Virus record (IMG/VR): IMGVR_UViG_3300010429_002210
Span: 2,308 to 66,307 of that record
DNA length: 64,000 nucleotides
Source of the DNA: a virus
Taxonomy: Duplodnaviria > Caudoviricetes
Direction: 5' to 3' (one strand)
This document shows, in pieces, positions 45,243 to 55,078 of the stretch (the first letter of the stretch is position 1; each line of letters starts with the position of its first letter). The notes beneath the pieces are model-generated. The model had not been told where the DNA came from, did no database searches, and saw nothing but the letters and a program-made list of their open reading frames with translations. The position numbers and the translations under genes were made by a program.

Positions 45243-46177
45243 AATTGATGCTTTTTAGTGACATGCATCTTCGGATGACCATTCCTGCAGCCAGGGTAGA
45301 CAATGCGGTCCTCGCGCAAGCGGACAAGTTTATCTACGCCATGAAGTTTTACAAGGAAAACGGCATTGACGCCATCCTGCAAGCGGGGGATATGTTCGAC
45401 AGTCCGCGTAGTTGGCGTGCCCTGTCATTCTACAGCAAACTTCTCCAACACTTCCGGCCCAACTTTTACTGTGTTGCGGGGCAGCATGATACGTACATGT
45501 ACTCTGAAAGTACACGTGACACCACCTCGATGGGGATTCTCGATGGAATCGGGTTGGTGAAAGTTCTCACACAGGAACCCGTCCAGCTTGGAAATGCCGT
45601 TGCCCTTTACGGGTGTTCGTACGGGCAACCCGTCCCAGTTCCATCCAAGGTGACTGGCGTGAAAAACATCCTCGTCATTCACGCGAAGATCGCCAGGAGT
45701 TTACCATTTGAACTTCCTGGAATCGTGTACGCATCCAAATTTTTAGAGGAACACCCCGGGTACGACATCGTTCTCTGTGGTGACATTCACGACAAATTCA
45801 CTGTGAAGTATGAGAAGAGTGTGATTTGCAATACTGGCCCACTTCTCCGTGACGCAGCTACAAGGGACATGTTCGATCACCACCCTGGGTTTTTCATCTA
45901 TGACACAAAGACGGGGAAAATGCGTTGGGAAACCATCCCACATGCAGAAGCAGATAGAGTTCTCACACGTGAGCACATTCAACAAGTTGAGCACCGCGAA
46001 GAGGTGCTGGATTCATTCATCGAGCAGTTGAATTTGTATCCCGAGCGCGCATCGGAAAATGACGACTTGTTCTCATACAAGGATAACCTGTTACTTTTCA
46101 TCAAGGAAAATTACATTGAACCCGCAGTTGTAGATCTTATCTCTGAAACGATGGGGGACCAAGATGACAATCGATAA
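45239..46177 (+). CDS. SbcD/Mre11-like nuclease (metallophosphoesterase)
   Basis: FSDMH, AGDMFD, GQHD, H, GDIH. Confidence 0.9.
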   Translation: MKLMLFSDMHLRMTIPAARVDNAVLAQADKFIYAMKFYKENGIDAILQAGDMFDSPRSWRALSFYSKLLQHFRPNFYCVAGQHDTYMYSESTRDTTSMGILDGIGLVKVLTQEPVQLGNAVALYGCSYGQPVPVPSKVTGVKNILVIHAKIARSLPFELPGIVYASKFLEEHPGYDIVLCGDIHDKFTVKYEKSVICNTGPLLRDAATRDMFDHHPGFFIYDTKTGKMRWETIPHAEADRVLTREHIQQVEHREEVLDSFIEQLNLYPERASENDDLFSYKDNLLLFIKENYIEPAVVDLISETMGDQDDNR

Positions 46178-46418
46178 CACTTCTGAAAAACTGAAACAGT
46201 ACGCGCGAAAGATTCAAGATGCCAGGGCTTCCATCAATAACCTCACGGGCAGGCAGGAAGCCATCATGGCCCAACTGCAACGGGACTTCGGCATAACCTC
46301 AGTGGAGGATGCCGAACAGGTTCTCACCAAACTGAACGAACAGCGGGAAGAGTTGGAACAAAAACTCGCGAACTATATGAGTGAACTCGATGAGCACTTC
46401 CGCAACTTACCGGCTTAA
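46164..46418 (+). CDS. small coiled-coil protein
   Basis: heptad-rich 84 aa between the nuclease and the Rad50 C-terminal half. Confidence 0.7.
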   Translation: MTIDNTSEKLKQYARKIQDARASINNLTGRQEAIMAQLQRDFGITSVEDAEQVLTKLNEQREELEQKLANYMSELDEHFRNLPA

Positions 46419-47013
46419 GCTGGAGAACAAGAAGGCAAAGCGCGACCTCCTGCAAACCACCGTGCACGATATGGAGATGCAGGCCCAAGCCGCGCAGGAA
46501 CGTATTGACAACCTCGCAAAGGCTCGTTGGGTTGTCACCGAGGTTGGGCGCCAAACACAGACGAAAGTCAAGTCGTACATTGAAGAATTGGTTACCATGG
46601 TGATCCAGTCTGTGTACGACGACCCCAACATGAAGTTCATTCTGGATTTTGAACTCAGTAGGAATCGTTCAGAAGCTTTCCTCTACATCAAGGAAGGGGA
46701 TAGTGAGCCTTACGTCCCCAAGGATGAAATGGGTGGCGGCGTTATTGACATCGTAAGCCTTGCTCTCCGCGTCGTTCTGTGGAGTCTGCAAAAGCCACGA
46801 AGTCGGAACGTGTTTATTCTTGATGAACCCTTCAAATGGCTGGGAACAGGCGGGCGTCTGATTCGCGGTGGTGAAATTCTCCGGGAAATTTCTCACCGAC
46901 TGGGCTTTCAACTTATTATCGTTACGCACGAACCTGAACTGATCGAAATAGCAGACAGGGCATGGGGTGTCACTCGTGAGGGCAAAATTTCCAAGGTTGA
47001 GCGGGTGAAGTGA
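46381..47013 (+). CDS. SbcC/Rad50-like ATPase, C-terminal half
   Basis: MGGG signature, FILDEPF Walker B/D-loop, IVTH H-loop. Confidence 0.85.
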   Translation: MNSMSTSATYRLKLENKKAKRDLLQTTVHDMEMQAQAAQERIDNLAKARWVVTEVGRQTQTKVKSYIEELVTMVIQSVYDDPNMKFILDFELSRNRSEAFLYIKEGDSEPYVPKDEMGGGVIDIVSLALRVVLWSLQKPRSRNVFILDEPFKWLGTGGRLIRGGEILREISHRLGFQLIIVTHEPELIEIADRAWGVTREGKISKVERVK

Positions 47014-47609
47014 TGGCGAAGGGTGGCGCATTCGAACGAGAAGTGAGTGTGCTCTTATCCAAATGGTGGACAGGGGGTAGGAAGGAAGATGTCTTCTACC
47101 GTTCTACGTCTTCCGGTGCGAGGTTTACTGCGCGATTTAAACGAGGGAAACAAACTTCGGATCATCATGGAGACATCTGCTCTATCGACGTCTGTGGTAA
47201 GCCCTTCACAGATACTTTCAGCTCTGAACTCAAAACTGGCTACTCAGGAAGAAGAAAGGAAAAGACTGGAAAGGTTTCTATTATCAACTGGTGTGTTTTA
47301 GATATCCTTGACAGTCGACAAGCCCTGCCCGTTCTTCTGAAAATGTGGGAACAAAGTGCCCGTGATGCAGAACGTGCAGGAAAGATTCCACTTTTGATCT
47401 TCCGCAGGCCCATGCTCTCCCCAAACATCACTATGGAAGAGCGTGTATTCCTTTCCTTGGGAGCACATTTCGATAACGTTCCCCAAAAACGGATCATGGT
47501 GCACACTGAGGAATACTCCTTGGCAGTATTCTCTCTGAAGGATTTTTTCTCATGGGTTGACGGGGAAGTCCTTTGCTGCCTTCTTAATGAGAAAAATATA
47601 GTATTTTGA
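47013..47609 (+). CDS. Holliday junction resolvase (PD-(D/E)xK)
   Basis: KGGAFERE, F.RS.SSGA, GDI, ELK. Confidence 0.8.
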   Translation: MAKGGAFEREVSVLLSKWWTGGRKEDVFYRSTSSGARFTARFKRGKQTSDHHGDICSIDVCGKPFTDTFSSELKTGYSGRRKEKTGKVSIINWCVLDILDSRQALPVLLKMWEQSARDAERAGKIPLLIFRRPMLSPNITMEERVFLSLGAHFDNVPQKRIMVHTEEYSLAVFSLKDFFSWVDGEVLCCLLNEKNIVF

Positions 47610-47615
47610 AGGCGT

Positions 47616-48059
47616 ATGATGCCCAACAGAAGAATAAATGACATCATTAGTGATCTTTACATGATATGTTCAGATCAAGAACTGGCTGCGTTGATTAATA
47701 ACCATCTACCTATGAATGGCAGCGTTACAGCGAGTGGCGTAAGAAAACGACGCCTACGCATGGGATTGAAAAAGGGTGAAAAGGAAAAGCACACCGCCAA
47801 TCAGTATGCGGAGTCCATTCTCATACTTCAAGCGGCGATCTACGAAGCGTTTTTGAATCTGAAGATTAACTGGTTTTTCGGAGAAGAACATTTCGCACGG
47901 TTCCTGTCTTCCCCTGACGGCAAGAAACTACTTACAGATGTCACAATACGTTTGGCGAAAGAGGTATTATATGCGCGCATTAAAAATAGCGAAGGTTGTG
48001 AAAGTTCAACAAAAAACAACCAAGGGGAACGACATCTTTGCGATGCAGCTTTTGGATGA
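47616..48059 (+). CDS. hypothetical protein
   Basis: ORF; possible N-terminal HTH (VTASGVRKRRLRMGL). Confidence 0.55.
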   Translation: MMPNRRINDIISDLYMICSDQELAALINNHLPMNGSVTASGVRKRRLRMGLKKGEKEKHTANQYAESILILQAAIYEAFLNLKINWFFGEEHFARFLSSPDGKKLLTDVTIRLAKEVLYARIKNSEGCESSTKNNQGERHLCDAAFG

Positions 48060-48200
48060 TAATGGAGAGAAATTCTATACCACTTTTGAGTGTAAACCCA
48101 ATCACTCTGATGGCGTGGTGAAGACCATGAGAAGGATCGTCCCTATCGACGAGTTTAAGGATACACGCCCCGGAATGGGGATAGTTCTTCCCAATAAGGA

Positions 48201-50312
48201 ATGAAAATGGAGAAAGCACAACGACCCAAAATACTATTGGTAGGACATCATCCCAATATAGACACGGGAAATGGCCAGATGATGGCTGGTTTTATACGCC
48301 AACTCGATTTGGAAAGATACGAAATCTCCGTGTTGGCTGTCACGCCACCAAAAGCCATCGACCCCTTTGAAGTTCCGAAGTACACAATCCTGGAAGCTAT
48401 TCGTCCAGAAATAGCGGGGGAAACATTATTGTCCCTTTGCGGATCTGTAAACCTGGACATCATCGCGTTTGTTGGATTGGACATCTGGGAATTTGCACCT
48501 TTTATTCCACGGCTGAATGAAATAAAGAACAAGACGCGTTTCAAAACAATCGCGGTCTTTCCATGGGATACATGTACTTTCCGCGAAGATTGGTTGAAAA
48601 TGGTGGAAATGTTTGATTTCCCATGCGTGTATTCCCTATGGGGTTACGAACAATTAAAGGATAAAGTGCCCAATATTCGTTATTTTCGTCCGGCATCTTT
48701 CAAAGATCATCATATTTTCCGAAGATTCTCACCGAAAGAAAGAATGCTCGCACGAAAAAAGTTCTTCCCCATCACGGAGGAGGAAACCTTCATCTTGGGG
48801 TTTGTTGGAAACAACCAATTTCGGAAAGATCCTTTACGACTCGTAAAAGCATTCTTCCTAGCGAAAGAAAAGTTTCCTAACATGTGTCTCTACATGCACA
48901 CCGAAATGTTGGGAAAGTACAATATTAAACAATACGTCAAGGACCTCGGTGGGAAGATGGGTGATGTTTTCTCACGAGATGAGAATCCGTATACACGTGA
49001 GGAGATCGTAGGTCTTTACAACTGTTTCGACGTGTACGTCCTCCCATCATTGCAAGAGGGCTTAAGCCTGACGATACTCGAGGCTATGAAATGTGGCACC
49101 CCTGTCATTGCTTCACACAACACGGCACACATGGAACTACTCGATGACGATTCGGGCCTTCCTGTAGAATGCACGGAATTCTTCCCACTACTTTCACACA
49201 CTGAATCCGGTATTTCTCATATCGAAGCATGGGCCTGTGACCTAAAGGATTTGACTAATAAAATACTTATGTTGGCCGAAAACAAAGGCCTTCGAGAAGA
49301 ACTCTCAATTCGCGGATTAAAAAAGGCGGAGGAGTGGATAGACGGTATTGACGATTTTTCCAAACTAGTAGAAGACGTATTGAGAAAGAAAAACACATTC
49401 CGACTAAGCTCCAAATTAGAACGTGTCCTTTTTGCACAACACTCTTCTGCCGGCGACGTGTTAATGACAACCAGATGCCTTGTCGGATTGAGAGAAAGGT
49501 TCAAAGGAATGCCCCTTGATTACATGACATCCCGCCAATACATGGAAATCCTGGAAGGGAATCCACATATTGAACACATACTTCCATGGGATGAAAAAAC
49601 GATGAAAAACTATCGTTACGTAGTCAATCCTCACGGTGAACGAATCCTGCCAGGACACTGGGGGCGTAACAGCAATTCGTTGTTGGCAGACTTCTACTGG
49701 AAGATTTTGAAGATCACGCCTACGAAGGCCATCATTATCCCGAAACAGCCGGAGGATAACGAGCTTACAAAAACCATCGAACAGAAAGCATTTATAGTTG
49801 TGCATACAACAGGTGGTGACCCTGAGTTCCGTTCTTACTATTATATGCCAGATGTGTGTTCAAAGATTCACGATCTTGGATTTGTCACAGTACAACTCGG
49901 GGGCGAGGACGACGTACCTGCCGGTGCAGATATTGATCTTCGTGGTAAAACCACCTTCCGCGAATCAGCATGGATCATGAAAAAGGCCGTGTTCGCAATC
50001 ACCGTGGATAGTTTCATGTCACACTTGGCAGGATTCCTTGACATTCCTCAAGTTTGTTTATTCGGATCTGGCAATCACAACGTAGTCAAACCCGTAGGAA
50101 GAACGATCTGCATGGTTCCTGACTACGTCAACTATTGCAAAGGTCTCGGTCCGTGTTCCGGGGCGGTGAAGGATTGCCCCGTGAAATGCACAGGAATCCA
50201 CGAACCTGAGGCTGTCGTGGCTGCATTGAAATACCTCATTTCCTGGGAGGTGCAGGCAGTGCAGGAAATAGGGGAAGCTCGAAAGGGTGTTTCGGCAATG
50301 TCGAAACAGTAA
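48201..50312 (+). CDS. glycosyltransferase fusion GT4 + GT9-like
   Basis: GT4: FVGNNQFRKD, PSLQEGLSLTILEAMKCGTPVI; GT9: AGDVLMTT, ITVDSFMSHLA..LDIPQVCLFG. Confidence 0.88.
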   Translation: MKMEKAQRPKILLVGHHPNIDTGNGQMMAGFIRQLDLERYEISVLAVTPPKAIDPFEVPKYTILEAIRPEIAGETLLSLCGSVNLDIIAFVGLDIWEFAPFIPRLNEIKNKTRFKTIAVFPWDTCTFREDWLKMVEMFDFPCVYSLWGYEQLKDKVPNIRYFRPASFKDHHIFRRFSPKERMLARKKFFPITEEETFILGFVGNNQFRKDPLRLVKAFFLAKEKFPNMCLYMHTEMLGKYNIKQYVKDLGGKMGDVFSRDENPYTREEIVGLYNCFDVYVLPSLQEGLSLTILEAMKCGTPVIASHNTAHMELLDDDSGLPVECTEFFPLLSHTESGISHIEAWACDLKDLTNKILMLAENKGLREELSIRGLKKAEEWIDGIDDFSKLVEDVLRKKNTFRLSSKLERVLFAQHSSAGDVLMTTRCLVGLRERFKGMPLDYMTSRQYMEILEGNPHIEHILPWDEKTMKNYRYVVNPHGERILPGHWGRNSNSLLADFYWKILKITPTKAIIIPKQPEDNELTKTIEQKAFIVVHTTGGDPEFRSYYYMPDVCSKIHDLGFVTVQLGGEDDVPAGADIDLRGKTTFRESAWIMKKAVFAITVDSFMSHLAGFLDIPQVCLFGSGNHNVVKPVGRTICMVPDYVNYCKGLGPCSGAVKDCPVKCTGIHEPEAVVAALKYLISWEVQAVQEIGEARKGVSAMSKQ

Positions 50313-50477
50313 GCGGCACGCCCGTCGCTTACCTTCCCCTCCGAAATGGGGGCGGCTTGGAATAGAGGCAACTGCCGCAAGGAGCTAACCAGAACAGCCC
50401 AGTACGGTGATGCTCAACTCGATGTGCCGTTGACTTCTTGCGGAGAAAAGACGGCCCGCCCCTTTATAGGAGGGAGC

Positions 50478-50684
50478 ATGGACGAGAATCAGCAAGCAGC
50501 ATACATAATCAGTCAGGCGGCGTGCCTTATGGCCGATATTCTCGGGATGCAGGCCGAGAATATGCAGCGGGCGCACCGGGGAGAATCAATGGCCTTTATC
50601 TACGCCGACTTTGAGGAAGCCATGCTCAAATATGGGATGGCACACAATCAGGTGATGGGATACTTTCAGGGGAGGCTGCCATGA
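50478..50684 (+). CDS. hypothetical protein
   Basis: AGGAGGGAG SD. Confidence 0.6.
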   Translation: MDENQQAAYIISQAACLMADILGMQAENMQRAHRGESMAFIYADFEEAMLKYGMAHNQVMGYFQGRLP

Positions 50685-51028
50685 CTGACGCAATCAGGAA
50701 GAAGCACGAAGCATTCAAGCGGCGGCTAATCGCGGGTGAAAACATACGGGCGGCGCACCTGTCCATCTCCGAAGTTGACGCCCTGTTCGCCGCGCTGGAC
50801 GAGGCTAAGGACGGACTGACCGCCGCCCATATGCACGGATTTGAAGAGGGGAGGGATCAGTACATGGACAAAGTGCGAAAACTGCAAGACGCGCTGGACG
50901 CAGAGAGGGGGAGAATCTACCCATGCGCTGACTGCGGAAAGATGAGAACCAAAGAGGAAGGCGGCACTACTTTCACGGTATGTGACGAGTGCTGGGATAA
51001 GCGCTTCGACAAGAAAGGAAACAAATGA
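50681..51028 (+). CDS. hypothetical protein, DALFAALD paralog 1
   Basis: MTDAIRKKH..EVDALFAALDEA; C-terminal CxxC..CxxC. Confidence 0.7.
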   Translation: MTDAIRKKHEAFKRRLIAGENIRAAHLSISEVDALFAALDEAKDGLTAAHMHGFEEGRDQYMDKVRKLQDALDAERGRIYPCADCGKMRTKEEGGTTFTVCDECWDKRFDKKGNK

Positions 51029-51049
51029 TCCTCACCGGGGAGGGATGAC

Positions 51050-51319
51050 ATGACTGTTAAGGTATTCTTTGCTTGGTACGATTTCTGGATTGGCTTTTTC
51101 TACGACCAGAAGAAGCGGATACTCTACATCTGCCCGTTTCCGTGCGTGGTGATTAAGATAGAGCGTAACCAAAGCGACGGAGAAAAAACAGTGGAAGCAA
51201 AATGGAAAATTGACCTCAGTGCGGGAAGGCCCGTGCTTACATATGAAGATTGCAGCGTGATACAGGATGAACAAGCCGAATATATTATGAATCTCATACA
51301 AAATGACTACAGGAGCTGA
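51050..51319 (+). CDS. hypothetical protein
   Basis: GGGAGGG SD. Confidence 0.6.
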   Translation: MTVKVFFAWYDFWIGFFYDQKKRILYICPFPCVVIKIERNQSDGEKTVEAKWKIDLSAGRPVLTYEDCSVIQDEQAEYIMNLIQNDYRS

Positions 51320-51328
51320 AAGGAGAAT

Positions 51329-51520
51329 GTGATGCTAAGAGTGACTATTAAGGCTGGAATCGACTGGAGAGAGGCATTAGACGCTATTGAACGGTTTACC
51401 ACAACATTTGATGGCTCTCAGTTTGCTCCTCATGATGCAGATAGATTGCATGAAGCCGCAAGAGTGGTAGTTGAGAAAATCAGAAAGCACCGTCTTTTAA
51501 CCGACACGGTGAAGCCATGA
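51329..51520 (+). CDS. hypothetical protein
   Basis: AAGGAG SD. Confidence 0.55.
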   Translation: MMLRVTIKAGIDWREALDAIERFTTTFDGSQFAPHDADRLHEAARVVVEKIRKHRLLTDTVKP

Positions 51521-51771
51521 CCATCGACGCCATCAGGAAGCGATATGCGGCAAATGCAGACGCAGATAACCCAACCTACTATTGCACGTTGAGCAGTGCT
51601 GACGTTGACGCCCTGTTCGCCGCACTGGATGCCGAGAGGGAGAAGGTGGAGAAGGCACTAAAAGCAACACGGCGGGCTATTAGTAAGTGCCGACGCCTGC
51701 CTGCCGACTGCGAAGCCGAATTAGACCTTGAAGAAATCGAGCAAATCCTGGAGGGAGGCGGGGATGACTGA
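51517..51771 (+). CDS. hypothetical protein, DALFAALD paralog 2
   Basis: MTIDAIRKR..DVDALFAALD..EKVEK. Confidence 0.7.
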   Translation: MTIDAIRKRYAANADADNPTYYCTLSSADVDALFAALDAEREKVEKALKATRRAISKCRRLPADCEAELDLEEIEQILEGGGDD

Positions 51772-52060
51772 CGCGATCAGGCGGAAGCACGAGGCACAAG
51801 TAGCTTACACGAAAGAGAAGCAGGGGAATTTCCCTTATTTATTTCAGTCGATACAGTCAAATCTTCGCATCTCCGACGTTGACGCCCTGTTCGCCGCGCT
51901 GGACGAGGCGCAAAAGAAGGTAGATCGAATCAAGGAGAAGGTGGAGAAGGAAATCTCTCATGCAATCTCCGGCGGGTACTGTATCGAACCTATAGAACTT
52001 CAGGAGATCATCAGTGACGAGGTGGAAAGGGGTGAAGATGAAACGCGTGACGTTCGCTAG
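51764..52060 (+). CDS. hypothetical protein, DALFAALD paralog 3
   Basis: MTDAIRRKH..DVDALFAALDEA..EKVEK. Confidence 0.7.
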   Translation: MTDAIRRKHEAQVAYTKEKQGNFPYLFQSIQSNLRISDVDALFAALDEAQKKVDRIKEKVEKEISHAISGGYCIEPIELQEIISDEVERGEDETRDVR

Positions 52061-52724
52061 TAACATGTGGAATGAGATAGCACAACTTCCCGACTGGTTC
52101 GAGAATGTAAAACACTTTGCTGATGGTGGAATTTTGATTGTTGACTCCGGCTCAACTGACGGGACAATCGAATATGCACGTGACCAGGGGGCCATCGTTG
52201 TCGTTGACGACATCATTCAACGTGATGGATACGCAGCGGCCAGGAATCAATTACGAAAGTTGTCCCGTGAGAACTTTCCAGATTCTCACTGGATGATGTA
52301 TATGGATGCTGACGAGCGTCTGGACCTGGAAAAAGCGCATATCTTCCGCTGGATAAAAGATTACCTTCTCCCTCAATATGACATCATCGCATTCCCCAGG
52401 ATTGACTGGGTAGACACAGAGAAGAAACAAGCAGCAAACGACATCATGGTTAATCCCGATTGGCAAGCGAGGATGATACGCGTAGATTCCGCGATGTTTT
52501 TCTACCGACGCCTTCATGAACAGATTACCAATTACCGAGGTATCTACGCCAACACATCTACTCCACCGATTAATCATTTTCATCGATCAGCGAAGGAAAA
52601 ACGAGATGTTATCGGGAAACTCTGTGCCAAACTTCATAGAGAAGACACAGAATTTGGGCATACTTACCCGGAACACCCGAAAGAGAAAATGTATCGTGAA
52701 CTATACGATAAAGAGGGCTTGTGA
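52038..52724 (+). CDS. glycosyltransferase family 2 (GT-A)
   Basis: IVDSGSTDGT, ARN, YMDADE (DXD motif). Confidence 0.88.
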   Translation: MKRVTFASNMWNEIAQLPDWFENVKHFADGGILIVDSGSTDGTIEYARDQGAIVVVDDIIQRDGYAAARNQLRKLSRENFPDSHWMMYMDADERLDLEKAHIFRWIKDYLLPQYDIIAFPRIDWVDTEKKQAANDIMVNPDWQARMIRVDSAMFFYRRLHEQITNYRGIYANTSTPPINHFHRSAKEKRDVIGKLCAKLHREDTEFGHTYPEHPKEKMYRELYDKEGL

Positions 52725-53386
52725 AAAGCGTAATAGTTTTTTCTAGCTCGGTAGGAACATTCGTTGGTGGCGGCAGTAAAAGCTACATCGATATGCTTCG
52801 TGAGGACTACACCACCTACGGTCTATGGGCAAATGGTCTGACCATCATCCACGCTCTAAAGTTTGTGGGACAAATGCTCTACAGGAACTGTTCCACCATC
52901 ATTCTGCATGTAGGAGCTGTGGAAGCGTTCACCAACCGGGCACCTTACTTTTTGCACTGCACAATCCACGACATGATTTTGAACCATCTAAACCAAGATC
53001 AAAATTTCATGGCGTACGTAGCGCCGAACATGCTGCGGGCAGCGCGGGAACTCGACTATGAACTAGACCCCGATTACTACCGACGTGTGGAACCAGAGGA
53101 TTTCCGCACTTTGTTACGAAGGTTTGCCACCTTTTCAGAAGGCTTTCGAGTTCTTGTGTTGGGCATGACTCACCCATGGGTGGGTCATTCCAGAGCTGTC
53201 GAACAAACAGAACAGGCGCGCGAGTACGACAACATTCTCAAGGACGTCTGTGCTGAAACCAAACACATGCAATTTGTACCACTGCTCGATATAACCAGCG
53301 GGAAAACGATTGATACCTGTCACATGACCACTGAAGGGCATGCTAAAGTTTACGACGAACGAATAAAACCACTCTTGGAGGCCTAG
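52721..53386 (+). CDS. SGNH/GDSL-like hydrolase or acyltransferase
   Basis: N-terminal FSSS, LHVGAV block, C-terminal DTCH (DxxH). Confidence 0.6.
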   Translation: MKSVIVFSSSVGTFVGGGSKSYIDMLREDYTTYGLWANGLTIIHALKFVGQMLYRNCSTIILHVGAVEAFTNRAPYFLHCTIHDMILNHLNQDQNFMAYVAPNMLRAARELDYELDPDYYRRVEPEDFRTLLRRFATFSEGFRVLVLGMTHPWVGHSRAVEQTEQAREYDNILKDVCAETKHMQFVPLLDITSGKTIDTCHMTTEGHAKVYDERIKPLLEA

Positions 53387-53389
53387 AAA

Positions 53390-54331
53390 ATGAATAGTAA
53401 AGAACAGGAGTACACATCCACAGGGACGAAGCTGCTGCACCACCCGTCCGTCGTTTCAAATATCAAACGACTGCGGATCGGCACCCCTGTCAGTTTGCAG
53501 GTTGCCCCCACCAGTCGGTGCAATCTGAACTGTTCCTTTTGCTCCAACGCCAATCGTGAGCAGCACGAGGACCTGCCGGTGGAAAAGCTGGTTACACTCC
53601 TTCGCGAACTGGTCCCCATCGGGCTCAAAACGGTGGAGTGGACCGGTGGTGGTGAACCTCTTCTCTACAAACACCTGGAACTCGCCGTGTTTTTCACCCA
53701 CGAACTCGGGTTGAAACAGGGATTGATTACCAACGGAACTTTGCTCAGCAAAATGTCCAAGGAAATACTTGTGAAGTTCCAATGGATTCGCGTGTCCATG
53801 AACTGTCTGGACTATCGTGACGCAGTGGAACTCCCTGACAACATCCGTGGGACGCTCGGGTTCAGTTACGTTATGAATGACGACACTACGGCCGAAATAC
53901 TCACCAAGTTGGATGAGCATGTAAAACGACACAAACCGTCGTACGTCCGTATCGTCCCCAACTGTCAAGCCACGCATGAGGAACAAGAGGTGAACAACCA
54001 GAGACTCTCCGCCATGGTTTCCTCTTGGGGGGAACCATATTTCTACCAGGCAAAGCACTTCTCGAAACCGAAGAACTGCTACTGGGGGTACTTAAAACCC
54101 TTCCTGCTCCACAACGAATGGGTGTACCCGTGCAGTTCTGTTGTTCTCAACGAGGACAGCGACAAGACATTCCACAGCAAGTACAAATGGGTGAAGATGG
54201 AGGAACTCCCCGGACTCTACCTTAGCTCAATGAAGGGTGGGGACTGGGATTGCACCCATTGCGTTTTTCGTCCTCAGAATGATATTATCGAAAGCCTTCT
54301 GAATCCCACGGGAATGGAAGATTTTATCTAA
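53390..54331 (+). CDS. radical SAM enzyme
   Basis: CNLNCSFC, WTGGGEP, ITNG; C-terminal CYWG..PC..CTHC. Confidence 0.88.
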   Translation: MNSKEQEYTSTGTKLLHHPSVVSNIKRLRIGTPVSLQVAPTSRCNLNCSFCSNANREQHEDLPVEKLVTLLRELVPIGLKTVEWTGGGEPLLYKHLELAVFFTHELGLKQGLITNGTLLSKMSKEILVKFQWIRVSMNCLDYRDAVELPDNIRGTLGFSYVMNDDTTAEILTKLDEHVKRHKPSYVRIVPNCQATHEEQEVNNQRLSAMVSSWGEPYFYQAKHFSKPKNCYWGYLKPFLLHNEWVYPCSSVVLNEDSDKTFHSKYKWVKMEELPGLYLSSMKGGDWDCTHCVFRPQNDIIESLLNPTGMEDFI

Positions 54332-54344
54332 AAGGAGGATATTC

Positions 54345-54908
54345 ATGATTCTGCTTAATCTCGGATGTGGTTACCCGCGACCTGGTGCTCCCTGGATCAA
54401 TATTGACCAACTGCACACCACACTACCTAATCCGAAAAGTCCTGAACGGATTAACTTGGCGAAAGAGCGAAACTACATCGACTGTGATCTTTCAAAAGGT
54501 ATACCGTTCGGTGAAAACGAGGTGGACGGTATTTTTGCTTCACATTTTCTTGAACATCTGACCCCCCAAGAGGGCGTGCAGTTCCTACGGGAGTGTCACC
54601 GTGTTCTAAAAGTGGGTGGAATTCTTCGTATCAGTGTTCCTGATGCAACGAAAATGTGCGACTACGATAAAAACGGGGTGGAATACTGCTTAGAGTATCG
54701 TCCTCCAGGAATGACATTCACAGAACATGTGCTTCTTTTCCCAGAGCACAAGATCATTCCAACGTACGAAGTTGTTCTAATTATCTTCCACTTGGCAAAG
54801 TGTTTTAAGACAGTGGAGCGGGCAGAATTCGGAAAATCCCTGCTGGCAGAATTGGCAGATATCGACAACAGGCGGGAGTTTTCTCTGTTTGTGGAGGCTG
54901 TGAAATGA
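54345..54908 (+). CDS. class I SAM methyltransferase (type 11-like)
   Basis: LNLGCG, FASHFLEHL, CHRVLKVGGILRISVPD. Confidence 0.88.
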   Translation: MILLNLGCGYPRPGAPWINIDQLHTTLPNPKSPERINLAKERNYIDCDLSKGIPFGENEVDGIFASHFLEHLTPQEGVQFLRECHRVLKVGGILRISVPDATKMCDYDKNGVEYCLEYRPPGMTFTEHVLLFPEHKIIPTYEVVLIIFHLAKCFKTVERAEFGKSLLAELADIDNRREFSLFVEAVK

Positions 54909-55078
54909 TACCATGCCCGTATTGCGGAAAGCAAATGCGGAATGTGTTTGAATTTTCCGACGATATGAAATCATGGGCGGTTTGGCATTGTTGGAATTGC
55001 GACCTAACCATAGTTTTAGACGCGAAGACGGAAAAAGTGGATTACATCTGGGTGCGAGAGGAGAATAAGGAAAAATGA
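54905..55078 (+). CDS. small zinc-ribbon protein
   Basis: read manually: CPYC..CWNC. Confidence 0.55.
   Translation: MIPCPYCGKQMRNVFEFSDDMKSWAVWHCWNCDLTIVLDAKTEKVDYIWVREENKEK

Larger units (their letters stand above)
50774..51909 (+). repeat. dispersed coding repeat GTTGACGCCCTGTTCGCCGCRCTGGA (3 copies)
   Basis: copies begin at 50774, 51604 and 51878; copies 1 and 3 are identical over 32 bp. Confidence 0.85.

Noticed and set aside
50774-51909. CRISPR array from the repeated about 30-bp sequence
   Set aside because: Spacing is irregular (about 830 and 275 bp), the repeats are in-frame coding sequence, and no cas genes are present.
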